Part shown: piece after piece, positions 56,400 through 64,000 of the stretch | Numbering within the stretch: the stretch's first letter is position 1 | Layout: each line of letters opens with the position of its first letter | Virus record (IMG/VR): IMGVR_UViG_3300037882_001770 | Span: 1 to 64,000 of that record | DNA length: 64,000 nt | Strand: one strand, 5' to 3' | Program-made: the position numbers and the translations under genes | Notes under the pieces: generated by a model | What the model saw: only the letters and a program-made list of their open reading frames with translations | Told to the model about the DNA's origin: nothing | Databases searched by the model: none

Positions 56400-58136
56400 T
56401 TAAAGAGTGACATTTTGACCAAACACATTATTTGATGACCGTGCATCCTTTAAGAAATTTTGTGCCAGCGATATATCAAGTCTCGACGCAATTGACGGCA
56501 AACTTGGATAGGTAAAGTTAGGAAGTGGTACTTTGGTGCTGCCTAACACTCGCCCAAATGCTGCATCAACTGTGGTTCTATTGACGGTGTTGCTGAATCC
56601 AGCGGCTACTTGGGTTCCTGACACTAGGTCACCGCCACCACCAAATAGACTACCTAAACTGCCTAAATTTGCTAGTCCACCAAAGTTGCCTAACACTCCG
56701 CTTAGTTGTCCCTGAAGTGCAGTAGATAATTGGGTTGTGATTGCTCCGACCCCTGGCAGTTTAGTTAAGTCCCCGATGCTGCTTAAATTTCCTAGATCGC
56801 TTAAATTGCCAAAACTACCAAGGGGATTTGCAAAATTCAAAGAAAATTGTGAACCTTTGCCAAATATATCTAATTGGCTGGTTAAATTGCTCAACGACCC
56901 TGGCACTAGATTTGTTAAGTTTGTACTAATACTGTTAAAATCTAATTTTGATAGTGATCCTGTGAGGCCTGGCACAGAACTGCCTAGTCCAGATTTCGCC
57001 CATAGTGCCGTGGCATCCACCCCAAATTTACTAGCATTGGTTACTAAAGCACCGATGTCACCAGTTACCTTGCTGTTTAAAATAGAGTTAAGATTGGTAA
57101 AATTCAAACTGCCTACACCCAGACTGTTAATTGCACCCGACGCAAGTGTTTTTAAATTTGTCAACGGCGATGATAATAAACTGCCCAACACTGAATTATT
57201 GGTATTGATGTTTTTTAATATTCCATTAATGGTTGAATTAACTCCAGCACCTAACAATGTCAATGCAGATGCCGTACGTAGTCCGCCTTGTGTAAACACT
57301 TGGCCACTGTTTACACTTACGGCCGGGGTTATTACATTGGTGATAATACCAGCAGCAGTCAACGAGTCATAACCAAGCGCCATTAAATCAGTCTGAATGT
57401 GTGTCTGCGCAGTTGGATCAGTTAACAAATCATTTAATGAGTTAACTCCGTTTAATCCGGTCCACACACTTGGGCTGCTCATTACAGAGACAAAATCTTC
57501 GGGGTCCACTGCAAAAAAACGCAGACTGGTTCCGGGCTTGACATAGCCGGCTTGCTCAAGTTGGTAGGCATTAAACCCGTACTGCCCGATACCTTTTTCT
57601 TTTGTAATTTCATTGGCGGCCTGGGCGATCAAGTTTGCCAGCTGAGCCAATAATGCCTGTATCTGGTAAGGAGTCAATGGGCCTACTCCCAACGGACCGA
57701 GGTCGCCAATGTTGACTGATATAATATCAGCCTGTGTAATTGGAGCTTGTAGTGGCACGTCCACCAATGACGGAATGCCAGTTACAATTGGCAATCCTTC
57801 TAATATTGATAACACGGCTGTGGCATCATTGCCAGAAATAGACAGAGTTTCTTGTGTTTGTCCGGTGCCACTGCTAACCACCACTGGAAGTCCTTGCGAA
57901 ATCGAATACACTATTGGATTATCAACACCGGCGGTTCCTCGTTCTAAACGGCTAAGTTCAAAAGTGGTGATCTTGGTTGCTGCACTAGTTAATGTTTGTC
58001 CCACTTCGTAGCCAACCAAGGCACCAGCTGCCACTTGTTCATAAAATATACGGTCTGCCTGTACTTGAGTCGCCCCGGGTGGGCCATTGACCACAAACTG
58101 TGCGCCGGAAGGTAAGGTATATTCAAATTTAGCCAT
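56400..58136 (-). CDS. baseplate-associated hypothetical protein with Gly/Ser/Leu-rich region
   Basis: Long ORF between gp5-like and gp25-like genes. Confidence 0.7.
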   Translation of the reverse strand: MAKFEYTLPSGAQFVVNGPPGATQVQADRIFYEQVAAGALVGYEVGQTLTSAATKITTFELSRLERGTAGVDNPIVYSISQGLPVVVSSGTGQTQETLSISGNDATAVLSILEGLPIVTGIPSLVDVPLQAPITQADIISVNIGDLGPLGVGPLTPYQIQALLAQLANLIAQAANEITKEKGIGQYGFNAYQLEQAGYVKPGTSLRFFAVDPEDFVSVMSSPSVWTGLNGVNSLNDLLTDPTAQTHIQTDLMALGYDSLTAAGIITNVITPAVSVNSGQVFTQGGLRTASALTLLGAGVNSTINGILKNINTNNSVLGSLLSSPLTNLKTLASGAINSLGVGSLNFTNLNSILNSKVTGDIGALVTNASKFGVDATALWAKSGLGSSVPGLTGSLSKLDFNSISTNLTNLVPGSLSNLTSQLDIFGKGSQFSLNFANPLGSFGNLSDLGNLSSIGDLTKLPGVGAITTQLSTALQGQLSGVLGNFGGLANLGSLGSLFGGGGDLVSGTQVAAGFSNTVNRTTVDAAFGRVLGSTKVPLPNFTYPSLPSIASRLDISLAQNFLKDARSSNNVFGQNVTL

Positions 58137-59631
58137 TTTTTGTTATGCTCCACTCACTAGGCAAATCTGGGCTGCCTGGCGGCGGCGAAGCTTGCCCTTC
58201 TTCCAGTGATACACTGACTGCTACTCCTTGATTGTGGTACGGATAAGGTTCGTGCGTTGGCGCTCGAGTTACAATACTTTCTAATCCAGTTGGGCTTACT
58301 ACCCATCCAGTACTACTGTTAAATTCTGTTTCGGGCATGAGTGTTTTTGTGATGCCTTTAGGGACCGATGCCGGCAATGTTGGGCCGCCGTTGAGCATGA
58401 TTGGCGTCGCTTTTAGACTTAAAGGGCCCGATGCATTCCAACTGCCTGTTTTGCTTTCTACTGCCAATACCCCATTACTTTTTACTGATAATTTGGTTGA
58501 ACTAAACAATACCAATTCTTTTTTACAGGCCACGTTGATGTCTTTTTCGCTTTGTATTGACGTTCCCTCGTTGCTTTTCATGTTGATTTTTTTGCCTGCA
58601 AACATGTTTATATCTTCGTCGGCGTGTAAATTAATAGTGCCTTGTGTGCGAAGATTTATTGAGTTGGTGGCAAACACATCCAAGGTGCCTTCTTGGCCCA
58701 TTTCGATCCAGGCTTGGCCGTTGGCATGTGTTATATAAAAACAATTACCATCGTCACTCATGGTAATCTGGTGTCCTTTTGCTGTTCTAATGCGAATTAA
58801 GTTGTCGTTTCCTTCAAGGTCACCGTCATCCATAACAAATGTGTGGCCTCCGCGGCGACCTATAACTTTTACGTCTTCGGATTTTAAGTTTTGAACTGCC
58901 GCAGCAGCACCAGTATCTACATTCAGTCCAGAATATACTGCACGACCTGGCGTACTCATGCCATAACAAGCACTTGGACTTTCGCGCTGACTGCTGGATC
59001 CAATTGTGCCACGAACAGGGTCGTTGATTAACCCTTGTGCAAACAATACACCTGCTACAAAACTATGTACTGGTTTTTGTTGCTCAAAAAACTTTGGATT
59101 TTGACTAATACTTTTATTTTCGTTGTTGATTTCTGTGACCGGCAATAACGGTGCGCCGGCAAAATAGGTGGCTTGATTATTGTTTTGTGTTTGTGCTTTG
59201 TTACGAGTCACCGCCCCGATTGCCGGAATCATATGGTTAATACCTTGCTCAGGAATACACCCTACATAGTAACCTTGGTTAGGATCGCCTGCTACAAAGA
59301 AGCACAACACTTGTGTTCCTAAATCTGGAGGAGTGAACCACATGCCGTAGCTTTGTTGGTTGCCTTGTAGATAGGTGCCCACACCAGCACTGCCTTGCTT
59401 GGGAGTAGCGCCATAAAATGGTGGGCAATAACTAACTGTACGCCATAGAGATTGGTCTTTTGGGTCTGGACCGGCAAACTGTTCAATATAAACTTGCAAT
59501 CTGCCTTGTCGTGTAGGATCTACGTTGTTGGTGACCGATCCAATAAAGGGACCAAACTCAGTCGGGCTACCGCCGCGGTCAAATTTAAAACTTTTTGGTT
59601 GGCCGGTACTGCGTTGTATATTCTCACTCAT
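58129..59631 (-). CDS. baseplate central spike (gp5/VgrG-like OB fold plus beta-helix)
   Basis: DPTRQGRLQVYI, GMWFTPPDLGTQVLCFF, GHTFVMDD, IRIRTAKGHQI, short beta repeats. Confidence 0.8.
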   Translation of the reverse strand: MSENIQRSTGQPKSFKFDRGGSPTEFGPFIGSVTNNVDPTRQGRLQVYIEQFAGPDPKDQSLWRTVSYCPPFYGATPKQGSAGVGTYLQGNQQSYGMWFTPPDLGTQVLCFFVAGDPNQGYYVGCIPEQGINHMIPAIGAVTRNKAQTQNNNQATYFAGAPLLPVTEINNENKSISQNPKFFEQQKPVHSFVAGVLFAQGLINDPVRGTIGSSSQRESPSACYGMSTPGRAVYSGLNVDTGAAAAVQNLKSEDVKVIGRRGGHTFVMDDGDLEGNDNLIRIRTAKGHQITMSDDGNCFYITHANGQAWIEMGQEGTLDVFATNSINLRTQGTINLHADEDINMFAGKKINMKSNEGTSIQSEKDINVACKKELVLFSSTKLSVKSNGVLAVESKTGSWNASGPLSLKATPIMLNGGPTLPASVPKGITKTLMPETEFNSSTGWVVSPTGLESIVTRAPTHEPYPYHNQGVAVSVSLEEGQASPPPGSPDLPSEWSITKNG

Positions 59632-61247
59632 TATGCTTCTCGATTTCCAATTTGTGGTGCGTTAGTATTTACAGTTCCATCGCCCGCCGGCAACGTTAAT
59701 AGGTCACCATTACTGGTTGGTCCACTAAGTTGCAACGGCTCGGCTGGGTTATTCTGATCAGACTGATTGTCATCTTCGTTTGGTAATGCATCTGTGCGAA
59801 GAGTCGAAAAGCCATCAACTTCGGCCCAATCTCCTGTGCCGGGTGGCAATGTTGCGCTGGTTCTGTTATTGCCGTATACTACCCCGTTGTCGCCATCATA
59901 CCCCTCGTTAGCATTAGGTCGTCCGTCGCTGACCTGCTTTGTAACTTTTTCAAATTCAATCAGCAATCGACCTTCAAGTTCTTGTTCAAATCGGCCTTTG
60001 CTAAAAAAGTTTTTACATTTAATAGCAGTGTATGTGGCATTTTCTTGAGGTTGATTATTTTTTGTACTTGTGGCGTTGATGTCTGTTAGCCCGGTATTGA
60101 AATTATAGTCGCTGGGTCTATTCCAGCTGATGTCAAATACTATTTCTTGGCTGTCAAAGTTGATCCCACCATCACTGTTAAATGGAGAAAAACTAAAATT
60201 ACTACCTGTGACTCCGCCGGCTACTTCACCCTGTTGCATCCAGGCTGGGTCGCCAACAATTCGCATCTTAACCTTTGCCAAATCAGTTGGACTGTATAAA
60301 AAGCTAGCCGCACTGTCGCCTGGCTCGTTAGTGTACCCGTCGGCTCCTTTGGCTGCATTTTCGTTAGTGGGCATAGCAATTCGACGAGCTTGATCTCTAA
60401 AATCCGTGCGAGACTGTTGTTGAATCTGGTTACCAATTCCGCTAATAATTAACCTGTACATGTTGTTAAATTCTTGTTCAAAATTCAAAATTTCTGTATT
60501 TGCTCCGGTAAACCAATAGTTATAACTCTTGTGGCTTCCGCGATATCGACTGTTAGAGAAAAAATTACTTTGTAGAGTATTAACAGCATATGGTGTGATA
60601 AGATATTTCAAACGGTAAGCATGGTCATGTCTTTTTGGATCGTAATCAAGTTGCGTAGCCTGCACACTGATTTTATACCAGGCCACTTGTCCAGAGTTGG
60701 GTGGACTTTTGTTAGTTTCCTGTTTCTGCGTGGCATCGTTTACTTGAGTAGTTGCTTGATCCAACACATAGGTACTGTTGCGCATTACTTGATCAATAAA
60801 CTGTATAATTTGTGTGCCGGCTGTAATTTGCATGCTGCGGCTGTTGGTATCCATGCTGTTTTTAGTAGGCAACGTTTTGTCTGCTGCTGTTTTTGTATCT
60901 TGCATTCCGGTTTTGCTGTAATCAACTTCTCCGGGCTTTTTAAGTAAAAACCCTGCCATGCTAGCCGGCTGAAATTCTATTTCGTATTCGTCGGCTACTG
61001 TGTATTTTTTTTGTTCAACTAATTTTTGTTGATAGGTGTTGAGTGCCTCAACCAACCCTGTAAAAATATCTTTGGTTGATCCTTTGCGTGCAGCCGGTGC
61101 CTTTGCTGGAGCTGATTGTGCGCTCGACGGCGTAGCTGAGCCGGTGGCCTGTGCAATTGGGGACTCACGTACTCCCTCGCCGGTGCCTCCAAATTCAGCT
61201 TCTAAACTGGATCCTGGTAGTTCTTCTAAGCGTGGACTGCGGGCCAT
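59631..61247 (-). CDS. baseplate hub protein (gp27-like), C-terminal part
   Basis: ATG 61247 with GGAG SD; KSYNYWFTGANTEIL, MRIVGDPAW, FSKGRFEQEL; lies upstream of the spike gene. Confidence 0.6.
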   Translation of the reverse strand: MARSPRLEELPGSSLEAEFGGTGEGVRESPIAQATGSATPSSAQSAPAKAPAARKGSTKDIFTGLVEALNTYQQKLVEQKKYTVADEYEIEFQPASMAGFLLKKPGEVDYSKTGMQDTKTAADKTLPTKNSMDTNSRSMQITAGTQIIQFIDQVMRNSTYVLDQATTQVNDATQKQETNKSPPNSGQVAWYKISVQATQLDYDPKRHDHAYRLKYLITPYAVNTLQSNFFSNSRYRGSHKSYNYWFTGANTEILNFEQEFNNMYRLIISGIGNQIQQQSRTDFRDQARRIAMPTNENAAKGADGYTNEPGDSAASFLYSPTDLAKVKMRIVGDPAWMQQGEVAGGVTGSNFSFSPFNSDGGINFDSQEIVFDISWNRPSDYNFNTGLTDINATSTKNNQPQENATYTAIKCKNFFSKGRFEQELEGRLLIEFEKVTKQVSDGRPNANEGYDGDNGVVYGNNRTSATLPPGTGDWAEVDGFSTLRTDALPNEDDNQSDQNNPAEPLQLSGPTSNGDLLTLPAGDGTVNTNAPQIGNREA

Positions 61248-61248
61248 G

Positions 61249-62664
61249 TTAAGCTCCAAATCCAAGTGTGGGCGTTTCAAAATTTCCTGCATCATTGTCG
61301 GATGCGGATGCTGGTGCAGACGATGGCTGTGGCACAGTGGGCGAAGTTGTGGTGGTTCTTTCGCCCGAGGATGTTGGGTATGTTGTGCCCACTGGTTTGC
61401 CAACTAATACATCTCCTACCGTTTGTCCCAGTAATCCAAATGCAAAAGGAATGGTGCCGCGGTCCTGGCTAAGATTATAAAAGTGCCCGATGGGTCTGCC
61501 GTCGACCATGTACTCAATTGCACGATTGGCAACTCTAAATTTAATATTTGTAATCACAAACGGATAAAATTTTTCAACAACGCTGCTAGGATCAGTCGAA
61601 TTAACATTTTTATTGTTGCCTTGTTTTCCGACCTGTATTAAATTTCCATTCTGATCATATCCATAGAATCTTACCACCAGGCAATACTGTGCCATTGGAT
61701 AGTTTGGACTGTTAGCTACACTTTTTTGTTTGTATAATGTGTCAACTGCTCGATAAAGATTGGTCAATAAAGTTATTCCGTTTGGCTCTGTCACTTTGAA
61801 TCTTAATGCTGTGGCTGAGTGTGCCATGTTGGTACCTTTGAGTGGTACCAAACTTTCAATTTCTAAATCGTCTAGATAATAATCAAGATCAAAAAATTGA
61901 TTACGTCCGGGCTGGTTTGTGCCTGCGACCGCAACAGGTGCTCCGCCGCTTTGCATTAGCAACTGCCACCCAGCTATGTTTCTTTTCTGAGTCAACAACA
62001 TAGAATTGTATTGATCGGGGGTCAACAGATACCAACTGATACTGTACGTATAGCTGGCATATTGATCCAAAATATTAGGTTTAGGAGTTATCCTGGCGTT
62101 GTCGCCGCCACCAAACTGTGCGGTGATAATCTGTTGGGCAGTTGCGCCGCCGCCAGATGGAACATTGTCGTCGTTGCGGGCGCCAACACCAGCAGTTTGA
62201 TTGGAAGTAGCACCCGGGTCGTTTAAATTTATTGCCGGAGTGCTTTGTGTTTCATCTAATGTGCGAACTTCGTCATCTGTGCCAGATTCTTCTGTGTTGT
62301 TTGTTTCGGTTACATACCCAGTTGTTGAATCTGGGGTTAATGTTGTACGGGCCGCGGTGATTCTCCCGACCGGCTCAAGTATTTGATTTGCTGATTGTGG
62401 GTTTTGTGTATTTGCTCTATCATCTCGTGCCTGCTGACTCACAGTGACTACTTCACCAGAACTAGCAGTAGACGTAGATTGAACGCCATTTAATTGGTTT
62501 CTTAATGCAGTAAGCTCTGCCTGCTGTATCTGCAACTGATCGTTGAGAGCCCGCTCTAGCGTAGCATTACTGCTGTTGATTGCCGCTTGAAGTTGCTGTA
62601 TGGTTCGACTAACCTCGTTCTGCAATTTAAAAATTCGAGCAGAAAGTTCGGAACTAGTTGACAT
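61249..62664 (-). CDS. baseplate hub protein, N-terminal part
   Basis: NILDQYASYTY, FKVTEPNG, LVVRFYGYD; N-terminal coiled coil. Confidence 0.6.
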   Translation of the reverse strand: MSTSSELSARIFKLQNEVSRTIQQLQAAINSSNATLERALNDQLQIQQAELTALRNQLNGVQSTSTASSGEVVTVSQQARDDRANTQNPQSANQILEPVGRITAARTTLTPDSTTGYVTETNNTEESGTDDEVRTLDETQSTPAINLNDPGATSNQTAGVGARNDDNVPSGGGATAQQIITAQFGGGDNARITPKPNILDQYASYTYSISWYLLTPDQYNSMLLTQKRNIAGWQLLMQSGGAPVAVAGTNQPGRNQFFDLDYYLDDLEIESLVPLKGTNMAHSATALRFKVTEPNGITLLTNLYRAVDTLYKQKSVANSPNYPMAQYCLVVRFYGYDQNGNLIQVGKQGNNKNVNSTDPSSVVEKFYPFVITNIKFRVANRAIEYMVDGRPIGHFYNLSQDRGTIPFAFGLLGQTVGDVLVGKPVGTTYPTSSGERTTTTSPTVPQPSSAPASASDNDAGNFETPTLGFGA

Positions 62665-62665
62665 A

Positions 62666-62965
62666 TTAGAATCCTAAAGTATTTTTAAGTGTTGTAATCT
62701 TGGGCAGGTAGATCAAGGTGTCGGCTTTGAAGTCCAACGGCGGCTTTTGTAAAGTGTTAGGGTTGCGTTGATAAAACACCCACCATAAGTTTGGATTTTC
62801 ATAAAGGTCAAATGCCAGCAAATCGGGCCTGTACTGATAAGTTTGATTTATTTTAAAAGCAATATCGTCTGTTAATTTTGGAATAGGTCTATTGACCATG
62901 ACATCTAAAAAGAACTGGCTATAGCCTGTTTGGAAATAAGGACTAGTTGAGTCGTATGTAGCCAT
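62666..62965 (-). CDS. baseplate wedge subunit (gp53/LysM-like)
   Basis: YQYRPDLLAFDLYENPNLWWVF. Confidence 0.8.
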   Translation of the reverse strand: MATYDSTSPYFQTGYSQFFLDVMVNRPIPKLTDDIAFKINQTYQYRPDLLAFDLYENPNLWWVFYQRNPNTLQKPPLDFKADTLIYLPKITTLKNTLGF

Positions 62966-64000
62966 TACCAGAATCCTCCTTTGAGTAGATCGCCGTTGGC
63001 AAATTGCTTGAGGCTAAATTGTTTACTAACTTGTTGTCGACTCTGAACTGGCAACAAGGTCAGGTTAATTTCCATTTTGGTGGGCACATAGGTTGGGCGA
63101 TTAAGTCCTAATGTAGGTGGGGCAAACGGAGTTGGCACTGCGCCGGCCGGTATCAATGCGGCTGCCAAACGATTGAGACTACCAAACAGACTGTTGGTGC
63201 TGACGCTTTGACGATCTCGAAGAGTTGTCAAATTTACACCGTTTTGGTTTGGGCTTCCGGCCCGTACATAATCCACATCGGCTGGCAAGTTGTAGTTGAA
63301 TGATTGTATTAAACAAGGATGTTCGTTAAATTGATATTCACCGAGACCGGTTAGATATACCAATGGTGGCGGGCTTCCCCGTTCGGTATCTTGACCGTAG
63401 AACATTTTGGTAGCAGATTTTAAAAAGTGTATCACTGCTAACAAATAATTGGCGTCAGCTGTTCCTTGGGCCGTAAACGTTGCTCTCATTGAGATTGCAT
63501 CAACATAACTATTTTGATAAAAATATCCACGATAGTTGCTGTGCGTTAAATCATACGCACTATAATTGGCCTTGTATACTGTGTCAATTTGTGGTGTATA
63601 CGGAAAAATAATTCCATCAGTTACTGCCAACGGCTGTAATATTCCGGGTTGAGGGGCATTGTACAAATATTTACTTTGTGGTGCTAACCGTAACCGTACT
63701 CGCCAGTCACCGTTGTTGATTTGTCGACGTTGTTGAGCAATGGTTTGCTGTTGACGTGCTTGTTCTCTCGCAGCTGTTTCTCTATCTGCATCAGCTTGTG
63801 CCTGTGTTGCTGGCTCTACAAATCCACTGCCCACATAAACTGGATTGTTGTCTTCGTCTAAGGTCCACCCAGGATTAATGTTTCCATCGTCGTCGTAGGG
63901 TGTTTCTCCATCTGGGCCAGCTGGATATTGATATACTGTATTTCCAGGAACGTCCCTGGCATTTAACAATACTGGACCGGTTGACTCATCAATTGGTGGC
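62965..64000 (-). CDS. tail tube initiator/baseplate protein (gp48/gp54-like), 5' partial
   Basis: IIFPYTPQI, LTHSNY, GSPPPLVYL, VPTKMEINLTL; frame open to the window edge. Confidence 0.7.
   Translation of the reverse strand, partial: PPIDESTGPVLLNARDVPGNTVYQYPAGPDGETPYDDDGNINPGWTLDEDNNPVYVGSGFVEPATQAQADADRETAAREQARQQQTIAQQRRQINNGDWRVRLRLAPQSKYLYNAPQPGILQPLAVTDGIIFPYTPQIDTVYKANYSAYDLTHSNYRGYFYQNSYVDAISMRATFTAQGTADANYLLAVIHFLKSATKMFYGQDTERGSPPPLVYLTGLGEYQFNEHPCLIQSFNYNLPADVDYVRAGSPNQNGVNLTTLRDRQSVSTNSLFGSLNRLAAALIPAGAVPTPFAPPTLGLNRPTYVPTKMEINLTLLPVQSRQQVSKQFSLKQFANGDLLKGGFW

Noticed and set aside
61247-61403. ORF-track start at 61403 for the 590-aa ORF
   Set aside because: The extra 52 residues overlap the upstream gene and look non-protein-like; ATG 61247 has an SD.
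35982-62386. Plus-strand ORFs of 60-210 aa opposite the structural genes
   Set aside because: They are antisense shadows of Thr/Gly/Asn-rich genes with no RBS or motifs.
1-64000. Stop-codon reassignment
   Set aside because: Coding density is near complete in the standard code, including a 4927-aa ORF, and TAA, TGA and TAG all end coupled genes.
1-64000. tRNA or rRNA genes
   Set aside because: Intergenic gaps are tiny and none shows a cloverleaf or T-loop signature by eye; tRNAscan-SE would confirm.

Overview
The window looks like a segment of a large (jumbo-type) myovirus genome in the standard genetic code, with four blocks. (1) 1-6.4 kb, + strand: about 25 tightly coupled small ORFs. At least 17 are divergent paralogues ending in a F-x-L-[RK]-[WYF] motif, and eight gene junctions share a near-identical 15-mer (TTGAGGTGGGCATGA) that encodes L-R-W-x-stop while supplying the Shine-Dalgarno and start of the next gene. 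(2) 6.5-10.1 kb: a VWA/HEXXH metallopeptidase-like protein, hypotheticals and ThyX. (3) 10.4-34.4 kb: a ~24 kb tailoring cluster with an NDP-sugar epimerase/dehydratase, a DegT aminotransferase, an amidinotransferase, a NodU/CmcH carbamoyltransferase with a 33-aa PFIY peptide, a 2OG-Fe(II) oxygenase, two SGNH-like proteins, about seven glycosyltransferase-like proteins and six radical-SAM enzymes with N-terminal twitch-like domains. It lies directly downstream of Ser/Thr-rich tail-fibre genes and is best read as a candidate virion-glycan hypermodification system. (4) 34.5-64 kb, - strand: tail fibres, a 4927-aa giant virion protein and T4-like baseplate genes (gp6-, gp25-, gp5-, gp27-, gp53-, gp48/54-like). 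No tRNA, rRNA, CRISPR array or integrase was seen. All calls come from reading motifs by eye; no searches were run.
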